From: Hypanus sabinus
Lineage: Eukaryota
Assembly: GCF_030144855.1 (NCBI RefSeq)
Contig: NC_082738.1
Location: forward strand, 44,082,001-44,146,000
DNA length: 64,000 bases
Direction: 5' to 3'
In this document: positions 1 through 25,800 of the stretch, piece by piece
Layout: each line of letters opens with the position of its first letter
Position numbering within the stretch: position 1 is the first letter of the stretch
Made by a program: the position numbers and the translations under genes
Notes under the pieces: generated by a model
The model's input: only the letters and a program-made list of their open reading frames with translations
Told to the model about the DNA's origin: nothing
Databases searched by the model: none

Positions 1-329
1 GTCCTTCTGTCTTTAAACCTACAGGAGGTAGTTTGGAAATAAATCAATAGGTTCAATTTAATGTCAGAGAAATGTATACAATATACATCCTGAAATACTT
101 TTTTTTTTGTAAATGAAAATAGTGTTCAGAATTATTTTGTCAACAAACTGTTAAATCTCTAATAATTTATCATTTCATGTTCCTTGATGTAATTTTTCAG
201 AATTATCAGGTGTAAGTTTATTTTAAATTGGGATAAGTGGGACAAGAACTAAGATTTTTACTATTTATATAGCCAAGCATAACAAGTCAATATTTTGATT
301 TTTCTGTATTGAAACACTAATGCTCAAGG

Positions 330-848
330 ACTACAAAAAGTGGTGGATACAGCCCAGTCCACCACAGGCAAAACCCTCCCCACCATTGAGCACATCCACA
401 AGGAGTACTGCCACAAAAAAAAGCAGCAACCATCCTCAAATGATCCCCACCATCCAGACCATGCTCTCCTCTCATTCTGCTGCCATCGGGAGGAGCTACA
501 GGAGCCTTACATCCCACACCACAAGGTTCAGGAACAGTTATTGCCTTTCAACCATCAGGCTTCTGAACCAGCATGGATAACTTCACTTGCCTCAACTCTG
601 AACAGATTCCACAACTTTCAAGGACTCTACAACTTATGTTATCAGTGTTATTTATTTATTATTATTATTGTGTTCACACAGATTGTCTTCTTTTGCACAT
701 TGGTTGTTTGTCAGACTTTGAGTGTAGATTTTCTACTGATGCTATTGTATTTCTTTGTTGTACTGTGAATACCTACAAGAAAATGAATCTCAGGGTTGTA
801 TATGGTGACATGTATGTACTTTGATAATAAACTTACTTTGAACTTTGA
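330..848 (+). mobile_element. Rex1/Babar-type LINE 3' fragment
   Basis: TTRFRNSY..STIRLLN coding remnant, 3' UTR, aataaa and (actttga)n tail. Confidence 0.7.
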
Positions 849-984
849 TTTTATTTCATCTGGTGTACCAGGAAGCATGATAGAAATAGCATTCTGCTTC
901 CTCCCTTAGCAGTCATGATGGTTACAGTGCATTTAATAGACTTCTTGATTTTCATTACTTAATATACATTTGTAGTATGACTAC

Positions 985-1199
985 TGATGCACCATCAGTA
1001 ACTCTCTGAGACGTGAGGTGAGATATAGGTTTTTATTGACTGGAAGAAAGAACAAGCAGCAATTGACCACCATGCTTCATCCTGGAGACTGAGGGCAGGT
1101 CTCAGGCCCCAATCGCCTTTATACCGGGGTCCGTGGGAGGAGCCACAGGAGCAGTCAGCAGAGGGGGCGTGTCCAGACAGGTATACATAGTTTACCACA
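985..1199 (-). mobile_element. Solo LTR (probably Gypsy-type), 215 bp
   Basis: TG...CA termini, 5-bp TSD ACTAC (980-984 and 1200-1204), TATAAA and AATAAA on the minus strand; same family as 63865-64000. Confidence 0.8.
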
Positions 1200-2518
1200 A
1201 CTACTCAACTGGTTTTAGGTGCCTTGCCAACTTCTCAAATTTCAGCATGCAAATGATCATTTCATTCAAGGGGCATCTAAGCTTATTGTTTGTACCAATA
1301 CAAAACAAAAATTAGTTCTTAAATTTCAGATACACAAATTGGTGTGCCTTCTGAAAGGAACAGATATGCACATACTTCATAAGATCACTGTTAGGTTATT
1401 GCACAAGCTTCTATCAAAGACAGCAATAACCAGCTCCCATTTACAATATTTTACAACTCAAATTGTCAGCCTTTCATCTTCCTGTCAAATAGGAGATCAC
1501 CCAAGCAGAAAGAGATCCATTGACTGAATAAGTCAGGAGTGGTATGAACAGCACCTGTTATGATTTAACACATGCTGTCATTATATTTGGTAAAATCTAC
1601 ATGAAAATAAATTTCAGATTATCATTCTACACTTTGAGGGGACACAAACTGACAATGCATTTTCTGTCTGCAAATCTTCATTCAAGCTAAAAAAAGTTTT
1701 TAAAAAATTGGTTCACAATTGTTAGCTGCAATATAATTAAGGTTGCATGTTATACTATATTAAACTTCAGAAGGACTAAATGCACAAACACTGGTAATTG
1801 CACGTTTGAGATGGAGGATGAATTCCTGGTCTTTTTACTATGTTTATACATTGTTACTATGAATATTACACAACTTCCCTATATGTGCATCCTTTCAAAT
1901 TTTCCCTTTTTCCCAGTGTATACATTTCCACCAAATCCTCATTATTCATTAGTGCATGTCATGCAGGTAATAACAGAGAAACAGCAGACTCCATTCAGGC
2001 CGCAGTGACATCAATCTCTCCACAGAGTTTTTTTTTAATGCAAGGTTCAGCTTATCAAAATAAGCTGATATATATCAAGCACTCTAGACCTCAAATTTTA
2101 GCCACAAAGCTGCTTTTATTCCTGACCCTCCAAACATGTGCATAAGATCTGTCCTCACTGCTGAACTTGGGTCCATACACACCTGGTCCATATTCTGGAC
2201 CTCAGTGTTCCCAATCCCAACTCCAGCCATACACCAACTGCTGGTATTTCACTGCTTGCCATTACAAAATATAAGATTAGAGTCCTTCTCATAGCAAACA
2301 GGATACATCAGATGCCATAGAACAGGGCTCTGGAGATTGTCTGAAATTTATCAATGCTCCTAGTGAATTTGGTCAACCTTGTGAGTACACACAAAATAAT
2401 GGCTTGGTGCATGCTGCTCACATAGACATGTGGCACTGTAACTATGTACATTTTATCTCGAGGTACTGTTGCAAACTCTGTGTCATTCACACCAGCAACT
2501 GTTTTTTTTTAAACATAC

Positions 2519-2537
2519 CTTCAACACAATCCTGAAG

Positions 2538-2543
<6 letters not shown>
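2519..2543 (-). CDS. PTGES3L: PTGES3L putative 25-nt exon 7 (GAT TAG = D-stop, then a downstream donor)
   Basis: Strong pyrimidine tract aatttttctctttctag|GATTAGCTTCAGGATTGTGTTGAAG|gtatgt. Confidence 0.6.
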
Positions 2544-16403
<13,860 letters not shown>

Positions 16404-16509
16404 AGTCACTTCCCCTAAATTCCCGTCAAAAACTTCCAAAGGAAAATAAGTGGGGCAGATTGCTCAGAAAAGTTTGCTGAGATTGTTAATTCCTAGCATG
16501 CGGGCAGAA

Positions 16510-16627
16510 GCAGCTGCTGCTATTTTTAGGTGGTTGTTTCCCTGCAGTACGTTACTGTTTTAGACCCTGCACTTTGTCAAGACTTCCCTGCTCCGCCTCC
16601 ACTGCCCAGTTTTTACCAACAGCTGTT
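16510..16627. promoter_or_regulatory. Muscle-type proximal promoter: E-box CAGCTG (16511-16516), MEF2 site CTATTTTTAG (16520-16529), E-box AACAGCTGTT (16618-16627)
   Basis: Exact consensus matches clustered 110-220 nt upstream of the predicted PTGES3L ATG. Confidence 0.65.
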
Positions 16628-18559
16628 CCCTTGGCGTCCTCTTTCCCTTGCCTGTCCAGGCTGTCAATCACTCCTCTCTATCTATGGCACAAATTGAAGC
16701 TTAATTACTTAATTAATAAGTCAAAGGAAAAGCAGGAAAAACACCAAAAAAGATTTTTTTTCCAAGTTATGTGATTTATTCATACCACTATTGATTTGTC
16801 GCAAAGATGCAAACACTAAGTCCACAGAAAATGTCTCTGACTACCCTCACACTATGAACATGGAAGCATTGTTTGAACTCTATTTTTGCTTTAGTTCTCC
16901 TCCCATGCCCCATCTCTCTCCCTACCTCTGACTCCTTTACCATAACTGCCTCTTCATTTTCCCAATTCCTTTGGTCCCTATCTCCTCATCTCCCTCCTTC
17001 TTCTCCTACTTCTTTCCTATTTAGCCCATTCCTTTCTCCTTTCTTTATTCCTGCTCTACCCTGCCGGCTGATTGTGGTCTCTAAGCTTGAGACAGCCTAT
17101 ACATTCCTCAATTGCCAAGCTGTTTTCCTCACTCTGCCCATGCACATTCCCAACAGTTGTGTCATCTAAAACTTGCAGCCTCATCCTGATCCCTCCCTCT
17201 CTCAGAAAAACATAAGGAGAACTTTCATCCACCCTTCTGGTGATAGCAGACCTTGGCACACTGCAACCTCCTGTGACCAGTTATCAGTTGGAAAGCATTT
17301 TCAAAAACACCTTTGTACTTATTTTGATCTTATTTCTATTCTCCTTTCTGATTTACTGCAGCCTATTGCTGATTGCTCTTACAAATGAGCTTGGTGGATA
17401 AGCCCACCAAGGCTCATCTTCTTTCTATCTTCAACTGGTTCCTGCTTTTCATTAATAACTTTTTTTCTTTCATTTTCCATGATTGTAAATTATATTTTGC
17501 TTCATGGAGGCAGATCTGAACCAACCAATTGCCATTGTGAGATAAACGTTCACATGCAAAAAATCTGAGAAGCAATTGATCTGGATAATTGCTAAATAAT
17601 TTTGGCCAGTCTAAGATTATAAAAGTGTAAGTGGTATGAAAGTGTAAATAAAAACATAGAATTCTAGAAACACTCAGCAGGTCCGGTAGCATCTGTGGAA
17701 GGAGAAGCAGAGATAACCTCTCATGTTCTAGAGTCACAGACCTGAAACATTAACAATTTCTATCAGTTAACTGCTAATGGTTTCCATTTACTATTACCTT
17801 TCTGTGATCGTAAGAACATTAAACCAATAATACAATCCAGTATTCAAAATGTGGGAGTCACCTATCACCAAGGTAGCTCAGTGTGGATTTGCCAACTTTA
17901 TATTTTGAATGATGAGAATCATTAATTCCTCAGTCTTAGCATCTTCTCTTAAAAAAATACACATTTGAGTTGCATGAGTTAGTAAGTGGTATAATCACAC
18001 TAATTCCTTATAGTATTTAGTGCCTGATAGCTTGCAGATCAATAGAAGACTGCCAGTGCACAGAAAAGATGGCATGTTTACTCAGCAGCTTTGGCGGACC
18101 CAGTGATGAACCAAAGTAGAATTAGGATTCTCAACTCTTTATACATTTATTAAGAGAAGACAGAATGGAACAGGACTGAGCATAACTTATTTGACTGGAG
18201 AAATAAAAGGTAACACAATTTTAGAACATGTCTCTTAAGAATTAGAAGTTAAAGAATAACTGGTCAATAGAAAATCATAAGATTTTCAGAATGTTTTATC
18301 ACCACTCCTTAAGCATGTTACAATTATTATTTGAGGTAATTAGAGGAGAAAGTGGATTTGGTTAAAGGTATTAAAATCACCAAAGGCCTATACATAAAAG
18401 GCAATTAGTAAGGCTGATTTATTTTGGCTTTTATCTTATTAGGATGCAGGGAAGAGCTGGTTGGGAGTTGGAATGCAAAATTGAGGAAACATTCCTCCAA
18501 TTACACAGAACTTGGCCACTACCCCATTTTGAAAGCACTAAGTCTCAACAAGACTTGCC

Positions 18560-18720
18560 GAACTCTGGACATTGACCTTCAGCTCTGGCCTCAAGACTTC
18601 ACTGACTTCTGGGTATAGTCTTCAGGACTCACCGATCATGGGTTTGTCCTTCAGGCCTTGACCCAGGACTCACCAATCATAGATTTGACCTTCAGACCTC
18701 GATCCCGGACTTGCCAATCA
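18560..18720. repeat. Degenerate minisatellite, period about 41 bp
   Basis: Repeats of caggactcacc(g/a)atcat(g/a)g(g/a)tttg(t/a)ccttcag(g/a)cct. Confidence 0.6.
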
Positions 18721-19709
18721 TTTTAATCTTGTTGTTAAAAAGATAAAACATACTATGGGTATAGAAATCTTTTTACCTTTTAAGAAATAATAGGTCATAG
18801 AGAACCATACAGGGTGGAAACAAGCTATTCAACCCAACTCCTCCATGGTAACCAAGGTGTCTTCCAGATCTAGTCCCATTAACCTGTGTTTGGCACAAAT
18901 CTTTCTGAACCTTTCCTATTCACAAACCTGGCAAAATTCCTTTTAACTAGTGTAATTATACCTACCTTTACCACTTAATCTGGCAGTTCATGTCATATAT
19001 TGACCATCCTCTGTTAAGTAGCCGGCCCTCAGACCCCCTTTAGGTCCTTCCTTCTCACCTTTAATCAATGCAATCTAGTTCCCGGTTCCTAGGCTCCAAG
19101 GAAAGAATATAAAAAGATATGGGAGTCAGGAATGAAATCAGAAATCTTACTTTCACATAACAGTGGTGGAAATACTTCACCTAAAAGCTGCTAGGTCAAC
19201 TACAGGTGACGCCATTTACATTATGGCAGATCAGGTTACAAAAATTTGCCCTTATGGAATTTACAAGTCACAATCAAAAAATCTAGGTTTTGCATTACGG
19301 AAAACAATGATAGCTTCCTCCACCCCTCTCCCCCAACAAAGAGACTGACTCCAATAATTTTAAGGCATTAATCAAGATTTTTCATGGCATCATCCAGCAG
19401 GAATACAAGCCCTTTGGTCCACCAAGTCCATGCTGACCATCGAGTATCCATTTTATACCCATACCACACTAATCCCACTTTGCTCTCCCTACATTCCTTT
19501 TGGCTTTCCATAGTTTCTACCACTCACATACACACGAAGGAATACCTGTAGTTAAAACAGCTACTTAAAACTTATTTCTCTCTTGCTTTTCGGATGCAAC
19601 ATTCAAGGAAAGAAAATCAAAAAAAATTAAGAATACTTTTAACTGAGGGTTTAATTTTTACTTTTTAGGGAAGTAAAAATGGAATTTGTCACTATTCCTG
19701 CTCTAGGGT

Positions 19710-20530
19710 TAATAAGACCATAAGACACAGGAGCAGAATCAGGCATTTGGTCCATCGAGTTGGTTCCGCTATTTCATCATGGCTGATTTATTATCCCTCT
19801 CAACCCCATTCTCCTGCCTTCTCCCCTTGACGTTTGATGCCCTTACTAATCAAGAACCTATTAACTTCCACTTTAAATACACCCAATGACTTGCCTAATA
19901 AAGCATTTGTGGCAAAGAATTGCACAGATTCACCACCCTCTGGCTAGATAAATTCCTCATCTGTTTTAAAGTGACGTTCTTCAATTCTGATGCTGTGCCT
20001 TCTGGTCCCAGATTTCCCCAACATAGAAAACATCCTCTCCACACCCACTCTATATAGGTCTTTCAATATTCAATAGGTTTCAATGAGATCTCCCTTATTC
20101 TTCTAAATTCCAGTGAGTATAGGCTCAGAGTCATTAAATGCTCCTCATACATTAACCCTTTCATTCCCAGGATCATTCTCATGAACTTTCTCTTGACCCT
20201 CTCCAGTCACTACGGCACTCCTCCTCTTCCCTCTTCCTTTCTGAACCACAGAGTCAGTCTCAGTCCTGAAGACCTGGTCCCTGCAGCTTTCCCCTGGTAG
20301 CTTGTCCCCCTCAACGGTATCCAAAGCCAGTGTTATTAAGGGGGACTGCCACAGGGGTACCCTGCACTGTTGGCCTATTCCCTTTCCCTCTTCTGACAGT
20401 TACCCAGCTATCTGCCTCCTGCAGCCTAGAGATGACTACCTCCCTGAAGCTCCTATCTGTCACCTCCTCATTCTCCTGTAAGAGCCAAAAGTCATCCAGC
20501 CACAGTTTCAGTTCCCTAACAGTTAGTGCC
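19710..20530 (-). mobile_element. CR1 3' end joined to a CR1 ORF1 fragment (internally deleted element)
   Basis: Antisense CR1 tail at about 19710-20210; ORF 20311..20616 contains SWVTVRRGKG..VAVPLNN. Confidence 0.7.
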
Positions 20531-22446
20531 GCCTCTGCAGGCAGCTTTCTAACTATCAGCAAACTTGAGCAGGTTCCTGCTCTTCTGCTGGTCAGCCCAA
20601 GGATTTCTGTATTCATACTTTAGGCCCAAAGCCCTTGACATTGATTGGGTAGCTGGGGGTATGGTGGGAGAGTTTGGTGAGAAAATGCCAGCCGTTTCCA
20701 AAATGTTTTTATCCATGGTCATAATATCTTAGGCTATGAGCAGCCTTTCTTTACATTATACATCCAAAACGCTGGAGGAATTCAGGATGTTTCTGGCTGA
20801 GATGTCCTGACGAAGGCCCTCAGCCCAAAACATCAACTGTTTATTCCTGTCCATGGATGCTGCCTGACCTGCTGAGTTCTTCCAGCATTTTGTGAGCATC
20901 CACAGAATCTCTCATATTGACTCTTCTTTTATATTAACTCGGAAGTGAATACCTTCATTGTCCACATTAACCTGACAGTCAGTATCGATTTGTCAAAGGA
21001 TTGCACCAGCTACTTAGAGGGCAGTTATTGACTTGAAGAGCAAATGTTCGTTTCCACAGCATCATGTTTTACATAGAAAGCAAAGAATTTTGGTGAACTT
21101 TTGTGGCCAAATGCAACATTAGTAGATTCATTTTAAGTTGGGAACAGTTTCTTCAAGTATATAAATTTTATACAAATTGTTTGACTAGAAATTCAGTTCT
21201 ATTAGACTGTGTTTTCTCCAGAGTTATGAGACTGAAAAAAAATTTCCATGAATAGAAAATTATTTTGATTTGAGAAATTCAACAAGGTTCTTGCTGTCAT
21301 GAGTCACCTTTACAATGTTGATGTGAGTTCCATATCAGAGAGGGACAGAATTATGTAATTTACCCTGAAGAATTTGGATCACATTAACCTAAGGATCCCT
21401 ATCATTGGGCAGTGTCAGCCCAGCATTACCTTTTGGGTACAGCTTCAGAACAAGGTATCTGCAAGTGAATGCGAACCGAACACCTGGCAACCCACCCTTC
21501 GAACAATCGTGTCTGCATGTTCCTCTCTTCAATTCCACCTCACCCCCCCCCGACCCCCACAACCAATTTCCTGGCTGCAAATTCCCCCCATGCCCCACTG
21601 TAGTGCAAGAAGTCTTGATCTTTCCCAGCTCCTGCATACCTACACCCACAGACACACTCATAAGTTGCAACATTAACAAAGTCCTCAATGTCCTTGAACA
21701 ATGCCCTGAGGAGAGGAGGGCCAGGCAACACATTTACAAATGCTAAAATGCACAATTTTGCATTTGCTGACTCATTACATCAAAGTCAATTAGCAGAACA
21801 ACCACTGTAATTCCCTCATCCTTCCCCATTTTATGCCTTTAAGATGTGCTAGAATTTGGAAAGGTTGGAATCCTTCCTCAGGAACCCCGATCAACTTGAT
21901 GACAGAAATTTCAGCAAATCAGGTGTTTCTGGGTGTATGCTTGTAAAGAAATCATTTCACCTTAATAAAACATGTAACACCCTGATGATCCAGCATACTT
22001 GGACTAACACAAGGAAATTTTCATTTTATCCTGTAGAAAATCTCCTCTTTTTTGTAAACCACTGCCTTGCAAACATAGAATATTGCTTTCTTTGTTATTC
22101 TCCTGAGACATGTGGGGATTATTGGTCCACAGGAACAGGCAAGCATATGCTTCTTTATCCATGTGAGTGAAAGAATCTCGATGGTTGATTGGCAAAAGGT
22201 CCATACAGTCATTGGTGAATAACAACTTACATCTTCAACATAAATCCATTTTCCAGCTGAAGTCAGATATAGGAACCTCAGCTATATTATATTCCTGCTG
22301 TCACTCCCATCCAACCCCCGCCCCCTTTTATAACTTCAAAACAATTTTTTTCTGATGTAATGATCCAACTTCAAAAAGTCATTTTTACCTTGCTTATAAA
22401 GCAAATGACAAAGCTTATTCTTATTTAGAAATATATGCCTAAAGAG

Positions 22447-22452
22447 TTTATT
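22447..22452 (-). terminator. Candidate polyadenylation signal (AATAAA) of the CERS gene
   Basis: AATAAA on the minus strand about 310 nt after the stop codon, followed by T-rich sequence. Confidence 0.45.
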
Positions 22453-22491
22453 TAAAAGTCAAAAGAATTTAACTCATGCTAAAATATCCAC

Positions 22492-22528
22492 ATTATTATT
22501 ATTATTATTATTATTACTACTACTACTA
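22492..22528. repeat. Compound (ATT)n(ACT)n microsatellite in the CERS 3' UTR
   Basis: Directly visible. Confidence 0.85.
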
Positions 22529-22762
22529 TAGTAATTTGGACCTTAATAATGTCGTATAATACTCTGATCTAGGAAATACATATATTTTTCATATCTTTGT
22601 AAACAGCCACAATGAATATTTTTCAGTCATTTATGTTGCAAACACATATGTAGCGAATAACAGTTTTTTCTTTTTAAATAAAATGCCTCCTGTTTCCTTC
22701 ATAACTTGGACTTGCATCCTGAGAAAGTGTGGAATATCTTGGTCAGCCATTTCAGAAGGCCA

Positions 22763-22849
22763 TTATGATGCTTTCTCATGGGCATTTTGTTCAGATTGCT
22801 CCTCTTCTTCAGAGCTACTTTCTACATCACTTCTCTCATCTTTAGATAC
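22763..22849 (-). CDS. CERS5: CERS5-like terminal coding exon ([28 protein letters not shown])
   Basis: ggctag|GTA acceptor, DxRSDxE motif and acidic Ser cluster, TAA at 22765-22763. Confidence 0.93.
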   Translation of the reverse strand, partial: VSKDERSDVESSSEEEEQSEQNAHEKAS

Positions 22850-25800
22850 CTAGCCATAAAGAAAATCACATTTTAGATTTCAACCAAAAGGCTTTCATGA
22901 ATGTTTTTCTGGTGATTTAGACATGAGTGCTTTAAAATAAGCAATTTATCACTTATCACTTATCGATATTCTGAAGTACCTTCATAGATCTTTATGTACT
23001 GTTTTTATACTTTTGCGGTAGACCTTGAATGCATCAAGGAAAAGTGGCAGTGGCACATTGCCACCATGAGCAGGTAAGTAGCAAACAAATCAAATAGGAA
23101 TGCTCTGTTGCAGGGTTAAAAATAAATAAGGAGAATGGAAATAGGACTGATGGAATTGCTCTGTAGGGAGCTGGCAGGGATCTGTGGGCTTAACAGCCTC
23201 CTGTGTTATGATAAGCAACCATAGAGATACCATAGGACCAATGAGCAAGGAGCTAAAAGGCATTGACACATTCAAGAGCTTTGTACAGGAAGGATGAGGT
23301 TAGAGCTGGAGAGAATCTGCCCAGGCTTTGAAAATTAAAAATATATATGGATGCTGGAAATCAGAAAAACAGAAAATGATTACAACACTGCACTGGTTCT
23401 TGGAGATAAGAAATATGGAGGAGATTATTTAAACATATTAAGATCTTAAGGGCGCTTGATCAGGTAAATGTTGAGATGCTTTCAAAGTTCAAAGTAAATT
23501 TATTATCAAAGTACATATGTCGCTCCGAAGATGAAATAATTGGTTACTTGGGGAAAGAAATAAATATATATATCCTAAAGTTATTATGAACTCCATGGAA
23601 CATGTGGGGATCTTCCGATATCCAGGCACTCTTTCCTTCTTTCTTCCTTTCTTTCTTTCTTTTTTATATAGGGATGTTAGGGGGGAGGGGTTAAGGGGAG
23701 GGGGGGTAGGGTATATATATTTTTTTCATGTATTTTCTTTTATTTCTGTAATTATTTGAAAACTCAATAAAAAAAGTTTATTAAAAAAAGTACATATGTC
23801 ACCATTTTCTTTTTTATTTTCTTGTGGGCATTCATCATAAATAAAAAGAAACACAATAGAATCAGTGTAAAACCGCACACCACAGAGTCGGTCAAACAAT
23901 CAATGTGCAAGTACAAAGAGAAAAGAAAATAATAATAAAAAATAAATAAGCAATAAATAACAAGAAAATGAGTTGTAGAGTCCTTAAAAGTGAATCCACA
24001 CTGTAGGTTGTGGAATCAGTTAAGTGTTGGGTGAGTGAAGTTATCCCCTCTGGTTCAAGAGCCCAATGGGTGAGGGGTAATAACTGTTCCTGAGCCTGGT
24101 GGTGTGAGACTTGAAGCTCCTGCATCTCCTTCCCAATGGCAGCAATGAGAAGAAAGCATGGCCAGGGTGGTGGGTGCCCTTGATAATGGATACTGCCTTC
24201 CTGTAACAGCACTCTGCAGGTGTGATCAATGATGGGAAGGGCTTCATCGGTGATGGACTGGGCCGTATCCACTCGTTATTGTAGTTTTCTTTTCCATTCA
24301 AGAGCATTAATACTCCCACACCAGGTCGTAATGCAACCAGTTAGTTGTATTCATGAGTCACAAACAAGGGAACATAGCTACAAAATAAGGGCTAGTCATT
24401 TAATAGTGAAGAATTAGAAATTTATTCTCTTGGAGGTGATGAACCATAGACCATACAATACAGAAACAGGCACTTCGGCCTCTCTAGTCTATGTCAAACT
24501 GCTTTTCTGCCTGGTCCCATCAACCTGCACCTAGACCATAGCCCTCCATAACCTCTTTTCTCAATATACATATCTAAATTTCTTATATGTTGAAATTGAA
24601 CCTGCATCTGCCAGTTCCTCTAGCAGCTCGTTCCACACTCACACCGTCCTCTGAGAGAAGAGGTTCTCCTTAAATATTTCACCTTTCATCCTTAACCTAT
24701 GACCGCTAGTTCTAGTTTCTCCCAACCTTCGTGGAAAAAGGCTGCTTGCATTAACCCTGTCTATACCCTTCATAGTTTTGTATACCTCTATTAAGTTTCT
24801 CCATATTCTCCTATGCTTGAATCTCTGGAATTCTCTAACCCAGAGGTAGGTGGAAGCCAGGTCATTAGGTATATTTAAGATGGAGATAGTTAAGTATTTG
24901 AAAGATTGGTGAAGTCAGAGATATAATGAAATGGCACAGAGATTTAGGCCAGCATGGATCAGCTATGATCACATTGAATAGCAAGGCAGACTTGAGGGGC
25001 CTGATGGCCTTGCCTGCCTTTATTTTCCTGTGTTCCTGTCTTCTTATGGCAACATCTATGGAAAGGGACATTCCATTCCAAGGTCACCACATCAAAACCA
25101 TTCTGATGCAAGCTTCCGGACGTCTCAGAGCAGACTCGATAGGTCAAATGGTTTCACACTGCTCCTATGTCTTATGGTAATATTAACTGCTTTACATTGC
25201 ATAGATGATGCCTGATCTGCTGAATGCCTCCAGAAATTTGGTTTTATCTAAAGATTCTGAATTAAGATAGATTGTCTGTTAATTAGGAAGCTGAGGACTC
25301 GTTACCTTCAACTTCCTGTGGACAGTTATGATGGAGAAAGATGAATCACAATGTCAAATGACATTGGATCTGAAACTGGAATGAAGGACTTCACTAATAA
25401 TGTGTTAAGAATCTCAACTATATTGTCCTCTGAAATGATTGAGAACTACTGGCAGAACAATGGGTTTGCGATGACCCTCCAACAGCTCCAAAGATGAGGT
25501 TGAAGCACTGGCCAGGAAGAGCAAAGGGTATCATTTTTAAATCCAGAGAGAAGAATAAATACAAAGTCTTCCCCAATGCAGATACACCTTTCCATTATCA
25601 GTGGATGTGTTTACTCTGCTTTACAAATGTATAATGACAACTCAGTGTAATGAAGTTCATGTCTGATTTTTCATTTTCACACCTGTCCATAAAGGTAATC
25701 CATTAAAAATTATAAACTCATCAGTATCCAGCCAAGATAAGTTACCTTTCCTTTATGAAATGCTTTAAGCACCATACGGATGATTAGGTATGACCAGTAG

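Noticed and set aside
18560-18720. CRISPR-like repeat array
   Set aside because: Degenerate tandem units without unique spacers, no cas genes, vertebrate context.
21374-21755. Cluster of overlapping ORFs of about 100 aa between the two genes
   Set aside because: No recognisable domain or consistent splice structure; explained by locally C-rich, stop-poor sequence.
22620-22762. Stop-codon readthrough extension of the CERS protein
   Set aside because: The stop is TAA-TGG, not the TGA-CTAG readthrough context, and the extension has no recognisable motif.
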